NCBI GenBank assembly: GCA_963707955.1
Contig: OY970176.1
Location: forward strand, 1,664,001 to 1,728,000
Direction of reading: 5' to 3'
Origin: Candidatus Bathyarchaeota archaeon
GTDB lineage: Archaea > Thermoproteota > Bathyarchaeia > Bathyarchaeales > Bathycorpusculaceae
Length of the DNA stretch: 64,000 nucleotides
Part shown: piece after piece, positions 30,306 to 40,006 of the stretch
How the letters are laid out: every line of letters begins with the position of its first letter
Position numbering within the stretch: position 1 is the first letter of the stretch
Made by a program: the position numbers and the translations under genes
Notes under the pieces: generated by a model
Told to the model about the DNA's origin: nothing
Databases searched by the model: none
Seen by the model: only the letters and a program-made list of their open reading frames with translations

Positions 30306-31691
30306 ATGTTCATTGGAGAACCTAAAATGACACAACAGTCGCACAAAAACGAGGAATACGTGACAAACTTGGACCCAGACGAGATACCCACATCTTGGTA
30401 CAACATACAAGCCGATCTGCCAGAACCTCTGGCACCTCCGTTGGATCCGACAACGTTAAAGCCGATAGGTCCAGGAATGCTTGAAAGGATATTTGCGAAA
30501 GAACTTGTCAAGCAAGAGGTTTCAGCGGAACGCTTCATCACGATACCGAATGAGGTGCTTGACGCTTATCTCGGGCTTCCGCGTCCAACGCCGCTTTATC
30601 GTGCACGCAGGCTTGAGAGGTTCTTGAAGACGCCTGCGCAGATATACTTCAAGTGTGAAAACTTCAGTCCCACGGGGAGCCACAAGACCAACACGGCCAT
30701 CGCGCAAGCCTACTACAACAAGAAACAAGGGGTCGGAAGACTTGCGACTGAGACAGGTGCAGGGCAGTGGGGAACAGCCTTGGCCTTGGCAACTAGGCTT
30801 TTTGGGTTGAAATGCCGAATATACATGGTTCGAGTGAGCTATGAACAGAAGCCCGGCAGGAGAACGATGGCGCAACTGTACGGAGCTGAGATGTTCCCAT
30901 CGCCAAGCGACCAGACAAGCTTCGGCAGGAAACTGCTTAAAGAGAATCCGAACTTTCCTGGGACACTCGGCATAGCAATCACTGAAGCCATAGAAGACAC
31001 TCTCGCTCATGACGATACCAGATATTCGCTTGGCTCAGTGTTGAACCATGTTTTGATGCACCAAACCATCGTAGGATTGGAGGCCAAAAAACAGTTTGAA
31101 CTCTTAGACATAAGCCCCAACGTGGTCTGCGGTTGCATAGGCGGCGGTTCCAACTATGGTGGTTTCTGCTTCCCGTTCATGATGGACAAGCTCAGAGGAA
31201 AGACAAGCACGGAGTTTGTTGCATGTGAATCGAAGGCAGTTCCGCACACGACAAGAGGCGTTTACACTTATGACTATGGTGACACTGGCAAGATGACTCC
31301 GCTTATCAAAATGCTGACGATTGGACACGATTATGCGTGCCCCCCAGTACATGCGGGTGGTTTGAGATATCACGGGATGGCGCCGTTGATATCGTACTTG
31401 ATCCACAAAGGGTATGCGAGATCAGTTGCATACGGTCAAGGGGAGGTTTTCGAGGCCGCGAAGCTGCTGGCTCAAACAGAAGGCATGATAACGGCTCCTG
31501 AAACGGCTCACTGCCTGAAATTTGTCGTAGACGAGGCTCTGAGATGCAAGAGGACTGGTGAAAAGAGAATAATCGCAATGAATTACAGTGGGCACGGCTT
31601 GCTTGATCTGTCAGCGTATGAGCAGTTTCTTGCCGGAAAGCTCGTAGAGTACGAGCCTGAGAAAATTGAAGTTCCAACGTTCAGCCATTAG
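30306..31691 (+). CDS. trpB2: TrpB2 (TrpB-like PLP enzyme)
   Basis: IPTSWYNIQADLP, RPTPLYRA, GSHKTNTA, TETGAGQWG, HAGGLRYHG, SGHGLLDL. Confidence 0.93.
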   Translation: MFIGEPKMTQQSHKNEEYVTNLDPDEIPTSWYNIQADLPEPLAPPLDPTTLKPIGPGMLERIFAKELVKQEVSAERFITIPNEVLDAYLGLPRPTPLYRARRLERFLKTPAQIYFKCENFSPTGSHKTNTAIAQAYYNKKQGVGRLATETGAGQWGTALALATRLFGLKCRIYMVRVSYEQKPGRRTMAQLYGAEMFPSPSDQTSFGRKLLKENPNFPGTLGIAITEAIEDTLAHDDTRYSLGSVLNHVLMHQTIVGLEAKKQFELLDISPNVVCGCIGGGSNYGGFCFPFMMDKLRGKTSTEFVACESKAVPHTTRGVYTYDYGDTGKMTPLIKMLTIGHDYACPPVHAGGLRYHGMAPLISYLIHKGYARSVAYGQGEVFEAAKLLAQTEGMITAPETAHCLKFVVDEALRCKRTGEKRIIAMNYSGHGLLDLSAYEQFLAGKLVEYEPEKIEVPTFSH

Positions 31692-31705
31692 GAGATTGGA
31701 AACCA

Positions 31706-32350
31706 TTGACGTCAACTACCTTGAGAACTGAAAATTCAAGATTCAATAGAGTGGCCTTGTTGCAAGTTGACGAGCTCAGACCACATGAAAAGGGTTCTCC
31801 AGTCTACTTGGAGCTTCTCAGACGCGAAATACTCAGGGATGGTATGCTCAGGTATCCGATAGTAGCTGACGAAAAGACCCGCGTCATCCTGGACGGCATG
31901 CATCGTTGGCTGGCGCTGAAGAGCATTGGCTACAAGTCAATACCAGTCTTGCTAGTTGACGTTTTCCAAAGACCAGCGATTCGCGTTGGAAGAAAAAGGA
32001 TTCATCAATACGTGAGTGATTCGATCGAAGAGATGACTGTTGACAGGGTTATCTCGGCGGGACTTGATGGGCAACTCATGGAACCTCGTACGACTAGGCA
32101 TTTCTTTCCTTTCTCAAAATATCAGATCATCAATTATCCATTGAGCCTGTTGAAGAGAGGGGCACCTTGCGACGTTTCTTCATACTTGTCCAAGGAGAGT
32201 GATGAAGAATGCAGCTTAGCTATTAAACAGTGGCTGGAAGAGATATCCGAGGAATTGGATTTTCTGACAAAAAAGAAGGCAGAAGTGGAGAAGGAAAAGG
32301 AAGAGTTTCTGAATAGAATCAAGAACCTAGGCAGTTTTCCAACTTTTTAG
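31706..32350 (+). CDS. ParB/Srx-fold protein, SerK/SbnI-like putative free serine kinase
   Basis: LRPHE, PIVAD..ILDGMHRW, PRTTRH motifs. Confidence 0.7.
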   Translation: MTSTTLRTENSRFNRVALLQVDELRPHEKGSPVYLELLRREILRDGMLRYPIVADEKTRVILDGMHRWLALKSIGYKSIPVLLVDVFQRPAIRVGRKRIHQYVSDSIEEMTVDRVISAGLDGQLMEPRTTRHFFPFSKYQIINYPLSLLKRGAPCDVSSYLSKESDEECSLAIKQWLEEISEELDFLTKKKAEVEKEKEEFLNRIKNLGSFPTF

Positions 32351-32404
32351 GTTTTATGAAATTCTGATTGCAGAGAGAAAGTCGCCCACGTAAGCTATTA
32401 GCCT

Positions 32405-33535
32405 ATGAATATTATACTAGCGCGTGGCGATGAGATGATTCAAATCAACCAGCCTCAAATAGGAAAAGAGGAAATCGCCGCTGTCACCAAGGTTCTGAAA
32501 AGTGGAATGCTGACTCACGGACTCGGCGCTGGTCCAATGGTTACGGAGTTTGAGCGTTCGTATGGAGACTTCGTGAAGGCAAAGTATGCTGTAGCCCTTA
32601 ACTCTGGAACGGTTGCCTTGCACTCAGCTCTTGCGGCAGCTGGTGTTAAGCCTGGCGATGAAGTTATTATGCCAAGCTTCACGTTTGTGGCAACAGCAGA
32701 GGTTGCTGTCTTCAAGGGAGCTAAACCTGTTTTCGTCGACATTGACCCAGACACCTACACCATTTCTGCCAGAAATATCGAAAGGGCCGTAACTAGGAAG
32801 ACCAAGGCTGTTATGCCAGTTGACCTTTACGGCATGCCTGCTGACATGAAACCGATAAGGGAAGTCGCCGATAAGCATGGACTGAAAATCATCGAGGATG
32901 CTGCTCAAGCCCATGGAGCCACGTATTTGGGAAAACCAGTAGGAGTCTTCGCTGATGCTGCCTGCTGGAGTTTCTATGGAAGCAAGAACATGACCACAGG
33001 TGAGGGTGGAATGATCACTACGAACGACGCTGCGGTTGCGGAGACCACTCGGTACTTGCGAAGTCACGGAGAGAAGGAGAAGTACATGTCTCTCATGCTG
33101 GGACATAACTATCACATGCCAGAGATGGAAGCGGCCATAGGATGTGTGCAATTGAGGAAACTGCCAAGATTCGTCGCTAGAAGGCGTGAGAACGCAAGAA
33201 GATTGGGCAAGATGCTTGAAAAGACGAAATTGAAGTTGCCCGTGGAACCTAAAGGCTTCAAGCCCAGTTGGTATCTTTACACTGTGAGGCTGAAGGGCAC
33301 GAAAAGTGCAAATAGGGACAAGCTCGTTGAGAAGTTGAAGAAGGAGGGAATTGGAGCTTTCGTTTGTTATGTGAATCCCGTTCATTTAATGCCGTACTAC
33401 CGCAGGTTTGGAAAGTATAGACTGCCGGTGACGGAAACGGTTTCAAAACAGGTGTTCTCATTACCGGTTCATCCCGGTGTCACGTCGAAGCAGATAGATT
33501 TCATAGGAGAAACGGTGCAAAGGCTGTTGCGGTAG
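32405..33535 (+). CDS. DegT/DnrJ/EryC1/StrS aminotransferase
   Basis: NSGTVALH, FTFVATA, IEDAAQAHGA, SFYGSKNMTTGEGG. Confidence 0.95.
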   Translation: MNIILARGDEMIQINQPQIGKEEIAAVTKVLKSGMLTHGLGAGPMVTEFERSYGDFVKAKYAVALNSGTVALHSALAAAGVKPGDEVIMPSFTFVATAEVAVFKGAKPVFVDIDPDTYTISARNIERAVTRKTKAVMPVDLYGMPADMKPIREVADKHGLKIIEDAAQAHGATYLGKPVGVFADAACWSFYGSKNMTTGEGGMITTNDAAVAETTRYLRSHGEKEKYMSLMLGHNYHMPEMEAAIGCVQLRKLPRFVARRRENARRLGKMLEKTKLKLPVEPKGFKPSWYLYTVRLKGTKSANRDKLVEKLKKEGIGAFVCYVNPVHLMPYYRRFGKYRLPVTETVSKQVFSLPVHPGVTSKQIDFIGETVQRLLR

Positions 33536-33615
33536 TTTTGTCCACGCTAGGTTTAAATAGAATTAGCGGCTAGTATTGAACCCCCACCTGATCTGGGTTT
33601 TGAGAGGAATCGTTC

Positions 33616-34950
33616 ATGCAGAAGACGAGAGTCATTATAATGGGCGCGGCTGGTAGGGACTTCCATAACTTTAACGTCTACTTCAGAAACAACGATGCTT
33701 ATGAGGTTGTAGCTTTCACGGCAACGCAGATTCCTGGGATAGGAGGGAGAAACTATCCGCCGGAGCTTGCAGGTTCAAGGTATCCAGACGGAATCCCAAT
33801 ATATCAAGAGGAAGAACTGCCTAAGCTGATAAGAGACTACGATGTTGACCAGGTTGTTTTCGCGTACAGTGATGTTTCGCATGAATACGTTATGCATAAG
33901 GCTTCCATTGTGCTCGCGAACGGCGCAGACTTTCGGTTGATGGGCCCGAAGACGACGATGCTGAAGGCAAAAGTGCCAGTGATTGCGGTCTGCGCGGTCA
34001 GGACTGGATCAGGAAAGAGTCAAACTTCAAGGCAAGTTGGCAAGATTCTGAAGAGTAAGGGTTTGAATGTTGTAGCAATCAGGCATCCGATGCCTTATGG
34101 GGACCTGACGAAGCAAGTCTGTGAACGCTTTGCCTCCTATGAGGATCTGGACAGGTATGACTGCACGATTGAGGAGAGAGAGGAGTACGAGCCACACATC
34201 GACAACGGCATAATTGTCTATGCTGGAGTTGACTACGAAAAAATACTGCGCGAGGCAGAGGAAGAGGCAGACGTGATAGTTTGGGATGGCGGCAACAATG
34301 ACATGTCCTTCTACAAGCCAGATCTATTCATTGTTTTGGCTGACCCTCATAGAGCCGGTCATGAACTGGCTTACCATCCCGGTGAGGCAAATCTGCGGAT
34401 GGCCGACGTGATAATAATAAATAAGGTTGACACCGCTGACCCGCAGAAAGTGAAGCTGGTCAAAGAAAACATCAAGCTGGTCAATCCGAACGCAATGGTA
34501 TTGGAAGCTGCTTCGCCGATAACCGCTGATAAGCCAGAGGCTGTCAGGGGCAAACGTGTGCTGGTGATTGAGGATGGACCTACGATTACTCATGGCAACA
34601 TGCCCTATGGAGCCGGAGTGATATTTGCGCAGAAGTTCGGAGCAGGTGCAATCGTCGATCCGAGGCCCTACGCTGTAGGTTCAATTAAGGAAGCGTATGA
34701 AAAGTATAGGCATCTGGGCGCGGTGCTTCCTGCGTTGGGCTACGGCGGGAAACAGGTGGCTGAACTCAAAGAGACTATCGACCGGACTCCATGTGATGTC
34801 GTAGTGATCGGTACACCCATAGACTTGAGAAGGGTTATAGTTATCAAGCAGCCAACGGTGAGAGTCAAGTATGAGCTTAAAGTTTTAGGGCCCGTTTCGC
34901 TTGAGCACGTCTTGGACGAGTTCATTGAAAGAAGTGTGAAGAAGCAATGA
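33616..34950 (+). CDS. COG2403-type P-loop NTPase (cDPG synthetase-like; possibly arginine synthetase ArcE clade)
   Basis: GAAGRDFHNFN, RTGSGKSQT, TIEEREEYEPHI, WDGGNND, EDGPTITHG. Confidence 0.8.
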   Translation: MQKTRVIIMGAAGRDFHNFNVYFRNNDAYEVVAFTATQIPGIGGRNYPPELAGSRYPDGIPIYQEEELPKLIRDYDVDQVVFAYSDVSHEYVMHKASIVLANGADFRLMGPKTTMLKAKVPVIAVCAVRTGSGKSQTSRQVGKILKSKGLNVVAIRHPMPYGDLTKQVCERFASYEDLDRYDCTIEEREEYEPHIDNGIIVYAGVDYEKILREAEEEADVIVWDGGNNDMSFYKPDLFIVLADPHRAGHELAYHPGEANLRMADVIIINKVDTADPQKVKLVKENIKLVNPNAMVLEAASPITADKPEAVRGKRVLVIEDGPTITHGNMPYGAGVIFAQKFGAGAIVDPRPYAVGSIKEAYEKYRHLGAVLPALGYGGKQVAELKETIDRTPCDVVVIGTPIDLRRVIVIKQPTVRVKYELKVLGPVSLEHVLDEFIERSVKKQ

Positions 34951-35342
34951 GTGAAGAGAAAGGAGAAGAGAAAGGAGAAGTCTCTCGGGTAAAAGTGAAG
35001 TTCAAGGTTGAAGGAATGGGCGAAACCGAAGGAGAGCTCGTGCGTTTCTTGGCTCCGAGAACGATAGATATGATAGTTCGGAAGCTGCCGATAGAGGGAA
35101 GAGCCGCCCTGTGGAAGGAAGAGGTGTACTTTGAAACGCCCGTCAAGATGGGCGAAGAAAAAGCTAAGGCCACTGTTGAAACTGGGACGATCGCGTTCTG
35201 GCCTATGGGAAGCGCGATATGCATCTTCCACGGAAAATCGCAGCCCTACAGCCCAGTGAACGTCATTGGAAAGGTAACGGGGGACCTTGAGCTGTTCAGG
35301 CAGGTCAAGAGTGGAACAAAAATAAGAGTTGAAAGTCTCTAG
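34947..35342 (+). CDS. cyclophilin-like fold protein (DUF369/TM1367-like)
   Basis: APRT..KLPI.G.A.LWKEEVYF, GTIAFWPMGSAICIF, SPVNVIGKV. Confidence 0.85.
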   Translation: MSEEKGEEKGEVSRVKVKFKVEGMGETEGELVRFLAPRTIDMIVRKLPIEGRAALWKEEVYFETPVKMGEEKAKATVETGTIAFWPMGSAICIFHGKSQPYSPVNVIGKVTGDLELFRQVKSGTKIRVESL

Positions 35343-35350
35343 TAGCGCGC

Positions 35351-35548
35351 ATGCTTGTTCCATGATTCCTAAATTCTGTTCAAGAGGCAGGCATGGCGTT
35401 TTCCGATGAGGGATGGTTACCGTCACGGTTCGGCTGCGCTCTTGCTTGCTCACGCCCTCCCCCCGGGTATCCTATATGGTCCAAATATGGTTGAAGAGCA
35501 GAATGAGTAGCGCAAGCTTGCTTCCCAAAAGAATTCAGGAACACGCCA
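35351..35548 (-). mobile_element. MITE copy 2 (198 bp), flanked by GCGC
   Basis: Reverse complement aligns end to end with 14182-14371; GCGC at 35347-35350 and 35549-35552. Confidence 0.8.
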
Positions 35549-35702
35549 GCGCGTGAACTTTGGCCGCACTGTTTTTCCGTCTGTTCTACCCCTCAGGCAT
35601 CGGAGAGTTGAAGCCATCGTTACAAACTGGATGTCGCAAACCTTAAATATTGCTGAGAATTTATTTTCATTTGTGGTCTAGCCGAATCAATTCCAGTTCC
35701 AC

Positions 35703-36518
35703 TTGATTCGGGACAGAATGGGGGGAGGTGAAGAAACGGTCTTTAAGGAAAAGGCGATAAGCAAACGATTTTGGTTCATAGCGTTGGCAATTATCGCGGT
35801 GACATCAGTAATCGGATACGCGGTTGTAACAGATTATGTTCTGAATGTTCCATCGAGTGTTGCTGTAGTTAGAGCAGATCCAGGACTGCAGTTGATCGCT
35901 TCTGACAATTCGACCGTCGTGACATCTATAGCGTTTGGAAGTATTGTCCAAGGTGAGACAGGAATTTGGATGGGCTATCTGAATAATACTGGTAACGTCG
36001 ACCTTCATACGTTCTCGATAGTATCTCCAGACTTAGGTTCGGTTGGAACGATCGCGTGGAGCATGCCCGCGACTGGAGACTTAGGCGTGGGTCAAACGTG
36101 CCCAGTCACGATAGCACTAACAATAAATGAAACAGCCAGTGTTGGTCCCCATGGATTTACGATACAAATCACAGGCAGCCCCACGGGCCCCACAGTAACA
36201 AACATTCAAATACAAGCCAGTGATCCGAACGACTACTATTCCAGAACTTGGGATGTGGTGTTTGACCGATCGATGCCCCCCCTTAATGGATGGGGCGACC
36301 ATGCTGGTTCTGACGTTGATGAAGCTCACAGCAGTGGTGATACCATGACCTTCCAATGGAATTTAGCAGGCGGAGCACACTATCTTATATTCGCTATTAC
36401 TCAGACTGGCGGTCCGGACTATGGCGTTTATAGTGGAACCATCACAATTAATGGCAATATGTACAACTTCAGCGGCTTAGACGAAAACCACACGGTGACA
36501 ATAGACTTCACTGTGTAG
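35703..36518 (+). CDS. membrane-anchored/secreted beta-rich protein
   Basis: N-terminal TM segment, Ig-like/CARDB-like pattern (LNNTGNV), many NxT/S sequons. Confidence 0.75.
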   Translation: MIRDRMGGGEETVFKEKAISKRFWFIALAIIAVTSVIGYAVVTDYVLNVPSSVAVVRADPGLQLIASDNSTVVTSIAFGSIVQGETGIWMGYLNNTGNVDLHTFSIVSPDLGSVGTIAWSMPATGDLGVGQTCPVTIALTINETASVGPHGFTIQITGSPTGPTVTNIQIQASDPNDYYSRTWDVVFDRSMPPLNGWGDHAGSDVDEAHSSGDTMTFQWNLAGGAHYLIFAITQTGGPDYGVYSGTITINGNMYNFSGLDENHTVTIDFTV

Positions 36519-36624
36519 GCTGTAAACCAAAACCACCGTAAACGTTCTTCATTTCTAGCGTTAACAATTGCAGATGAATCAGGCACGTGCTCAGAAAGCC
36601 TCTACAAAGGATCTCGAGCGCGCG

Positions 36625-37123
36625 CTAGTAAACCAGGGAGCTTTCTTTCCACATTCTTAGAAGCTTCTGGCATTCCTCTGCTACTTCTTTTTCACGGGTC
36701 TTGCTCTTCAAAGCTTCGAGGAACTCTATTCGTTTCTCACCTGAGCGCTTTTCCGCTGCTCCTCCATAGTAGAGTTCTCCCTCAAGATACTCCTTCATGC
36801 TGTTGGCTTTCTGCACGAAAACGCTGGCCGCGTCAACCGAATTTTCAACAGCATATTCATTTGCCCACACAGACCGCTTCTGCCTGTCGGAGCTGCGTCA
36901 GACCGTCAACCTGTTTTATACTGCGTACGTACGTTCTGAAAAAATCGTAGTAGCCGGCGGTCTTGATGAGCGCCAATGCTTTTCTGACTTTCTGTCTGAA
37001 GGTTGCGCTTCCTCTGATTCCTATGCGGTGTTTGTATCCTCTGTCGATTAGCGCTCTGGCCTGTCTGACTTCTTCTTCCGTGTAGACTCGTGTGGGGAAA
37101 TCCAAGGAAATCTCGACTCTCAA
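36625..37123 (-). CDS. conserved hypothetical protein, split by a frameshift near 36870
   Basis: Overlapping ORFs 36857-37123 and 36625-36870 read as one protein. Confidence 0.65.
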
Positions 37124-37174
37124 GTCGGTAAAAGCAGGTTCTGTAACTGAAGGGGGAGCAAGCCCTTGAACAGC

Positions 37175-37498
37175 TCAGTCTACCCGGTATATTTTAATGT
37201 TGTGATTTCCTGAAACCAGTTGGATCGCGCCGTTTCCTTTCAGTTGATCCAGCAAGTCTTTCGCTGCGCTTATGCGCACGTTGAAATGCGTCGCCACAGA
37301 ATACGGTGTCAAGACGTGCATCTTCTTCAGCTCGCCAAGGACCTTATCACTCTTCGCATCTGGCGGAATCACTGCAGCCAGTTTCTTCTCTTTTGAAGGT
37401 CCCGCCTTTTCCTTTTTCTTCTTATCTTTATCCTCAGCGTCCTTTTTATCTTGCATGCGTTCAACCTGTTTCAGGCTGAGTTTCTTTTTTCCACCCAT
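37175..37498 (-). CDS. rps25e: 30S ribosomal protein S25e
   Basis: MGGKKK basic N-terminus, LTPYSVA..VRISAAKDLL..L..G.IQLV..IKIY. Confidence 0.9.
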   Translation of the reverse strand: MGGKKKLSLKQVERMQDKKDAEDKDKKKKEKAGPSKEKKLAAVIPPDAKSDKVLGELKKMHVLTPYSVATHFNVRISAAKDLLDQLKGNGAIQLVSGNHNIKIYRVD

Positions 37499-37666
37499 CT
37501 TGATCAGCTTCCAGTATTGAAATTTGTAAGGTGGTTCTTAAGCGTTTTCCGTGTCGAAAGCATGTTTCGTGGACATTGAAGATGGTTGGAGACGATTAAG
37601 ATCACGGAGTAGGCAGGCAGAAGCTTCTGATTTGACAAAAAAGAAAGAGAGAATTGGCGAAAATGG

Positions 37667-37889
37667 CTATTTGCCCATCACTTTTTTCGCTGCGATCTCG
37701 ATATCCTCAGATTTTATGGTTTTTCTCCCGGCGTGCATTGCGAAGTCCAGAGCTTCTCTTGCGATTTTCACGCCGATTTCCTCTAATGCTTTGGCGAGTT
37801 CTTTTGCTGCTGCTTCGCTTACTCTGTCCGCCCCAGATTTTCTTGCACAATCTGTGCATTGGGGCTACGGCTAATTCTAATTCGACCAC
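37667..37889 (-). CDS. archaeal histone (HMf type); extra A near 37840, probably an indel error
   Basis: Corrected: [73 protein letters not shown]. Confidence 0.92.
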
Positions 37890-37944
37890 AAATAGTCCTC
37901 CGTAGCCTCTTTTTCTCTTTAAAGCCGTATTTAACGTTTATCGT

Positions 37945-38865
37945 TCATAATTCTTCTCGGCTGATCGCGCTCGTTTCCTCTGTAGCCTTTTCGGAGATGG
38001 ATTTAAGATACTCTAAGCAAATGCTGTTCACTTTTTTGGGATCTAAAAGTGCTATTTCTCTCAAATCATGTGTCTTTTCCAAGTCGCGGATGAAAGCATG
38101 ACCGAGAAAATATCCTGTTTGCTTTTTTCCTTGGATGCTGAACCAAGAACCAAAAAAGTCTTTTACTGAAGCGTGGCTTTCCAGTCTTGTAAGAAACTCG
38201 CTTGCCAGCCAGCCTTTGTGCTGTTCGCACCAATGGAGCCATTCTTTGCCTGATTTCATGTGCCATGTTTCTTTTCCAAGAATCACATGCTCGCATCTCT
38301 GGGCGAATCCTTCACTGTACAGTCGGAACAACGGGTCCTCCTCGGCTTTTTCGAAGGTTTTCCATTCTTCGCGCCATTTCATATGGGTGAGATGCCCTAT
38401 TTCGTGGCACATCAGACCTTGAAGCTTGTTCTTTCTATGCCATTTCTCTTCTGCAATGTTTTCCAATCCTAAGAGGACAGAAGGCTGTTTGTCATACGTG
38501 GTTGCCCATCCTGCACCGCATCCGATACCGACGTAGACAACGAAGGTTACATTGAAGTCTACTCCCAGCCTCTTTGTGGCCTTCAAGTAAGTAGACTTAC
38601 AGATTTGGACAATGTTATCTCTTGCTTCCTGCATCAACGGGAGACGCTGTGGTACTAGTTGCAAGGTTTTCTTAGCGATCTCTCGCCAGTTGACGTTCGC
38701 ATCCTCGTAGTTTTCAACCTGTTTTCTTAACAGTTCAGGATACTTTTTCAAGTAAGAGGTCTGCCACAGAGTCACCTGTTCATCAACGTTTTCAGAACTT
38801 GAATCTGCCCAGTAAGCCAAGAAATCCGGGAACGTGTCTATCAGATTGCAGCGTCCTCTGTTCAT
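37945..38865 (-). CDS. putative Zn-dependent protease (DUF2268-like)
   Basis: HEIGH (HExxH) followed by SEGFA, GYFLG. Confidence 0.65.
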   Translation of the reverse strand: MNRGRCNLIDTFPDFLAYWADSSSENVDEQVTLWQTSYLKKYPELLRKQVENYEDANVNWREIAKKTLQLVPQRLPLMQEARDNIVQICKSTYLKATKRLGVDFNVTFVVYVGIGCGAGWATTYDKQPSVLLGLENIAEEKWHRKNKLQGLMCHEIGHLTHMKWREEWKTFEKAEEDPLFRLYSEGFAQRCEHVILGKETWHMKSGKEWLHWCEQHKGWLASEFLTRLESHASVKDFFGSWFSIQGKKQTGYFLGHAFIRDLEKTHDLREIALLDPKKVNSICLEYLKSISEKATEETSAISREEL

Positions 38866-39345
38866 GTCTCATCAATATTTTCCTCTTCAAGATAAAAGCC
38901 TGATATTGCCCCTTGAGAAGCCATGAAAAGCGGCAGATAATGAGTTCTGTGCTGTGCTCAAAGCTGTGCAGTGATGAAGATACTCTGACCACGAATACCA
39001 TTTCAACCGTTTCAGCAACACGCATGCGCGCCGAAAAGTTCCTCTAACAAACTGCTCAGATCTGCCATCTGGGACCGCACACGAAGCCCAACAGATCATG
39101 TTTGACTGCAGATGGAGGGGCCTACCACTGTTGCAAGACCCAAAAATCCACGAGACAAGACCGATGTTCAGACTGATTGCACATAAACAACGCATTCAGC
39201 GCTAAACATGCAGGCTATTTCAGTTTATTCGACATTTGGAATAGGTAAAGTTAAATCAGCCTTGTCATGTTTATGAGAGGTTGCTTCAGCAAATCCTTAA
39301 TGATGGAGCACAGAACAACAGACTGATGCTTGGAGGAACAGTTGC

Positions 39346-39570
39346 GTGGGGAGTGTTCGAACCGAACAGATCAAGCGCACGGCTAAAGAACTGATCAGGC
39401 GTTTCCCTGGCAAGTTTTCCCATGATTTCGAAAGCAACAAGCACATGGTTGCGACTCTAGTGCAGGGAGGGACGCCGAAAGTGAGAAATCAGATTGCTGG
39501 GTACATAACGGCCTATTTTGCGGCTGAAGAAACTGAGTCGCCAAGCGAAGTTGTAGAAGAAGCTGAGTAG
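39346..39570 (+). CDS. rps17e: 30S ribosomal protein S17e
   Basis: MGSVRTEQIKRTAKEL..F..DFESNK..KVRNQIAGYIT. Confidence 0.96.
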   Translation: MGSVRTEQIKRTAKELIRRFPGKFSHDFESNKHMVATLVQGGTPKVRNQIAGYITAYFAAEETESPSEVVEEAE

Positions 39571-39586
39571 CTCTGTTAGGGGCGAG

Positions 39587-40000
39587 TTGACCTCAAAACT
39601 CGTGCAGAGACGAAGGAAATTGATGGACCAGTACAGAAAGGGTTGGGCGCTTCGATACCTGCGCGAGGCAAAAGCAGAGCTTGAAGCTGCGAGAAAAATG
39701 CCCTACATGGCTCCGAGCCTAGTTTTGGAGGCTGTTAGAAAAGCTCGAAACGCCATCTACTACAGTCTGGGGGAGCCTGCGTTCGTCGAAATCGTCGTGC
39801 GAGAGACTGCAGAAAATGTGCAGCCTCAGATGATTAGCGATCCCGTCCTGAAGTGTCTGGTTGAAATCGAAGGAATCGTGTACCAGCTGTCACAGCTTGA
39901 GGAAGTGGACGGCGAGAGAGCGATGAAGCAGGCAGACACTCTGATACAGTTAGCCTCAGACATCGTTGAAACTCTAACGGAAGAAAAAATAGAGGATTGA
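39587..40000 (+). CDS. hypothetical helical protein (HEPN-like)
   Basis: WALRYLREAKAELEAA.. helical pattern; follows rps17e. Confidence 0.65.
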   Translation: MTSKLVQRRRKLMDQYRKGWALRYLREAKAELEAARKMPYMAPSLVLEAVRKARNAIYYSLGEPAFVEIVVRETAENVQPQMISDPVLKCLVEIEGIVYQLSQLEEVDGERAMKQADTLIQLASDIVETLTEEKIED

Positions 40001-40006
40001 GGAAGC

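Noticed and set aside
37137-37147. GGTTCTGTAAC resembling an IS6 end
   Set aside because: Only about 10 bp match, with no partner end or target duplication.
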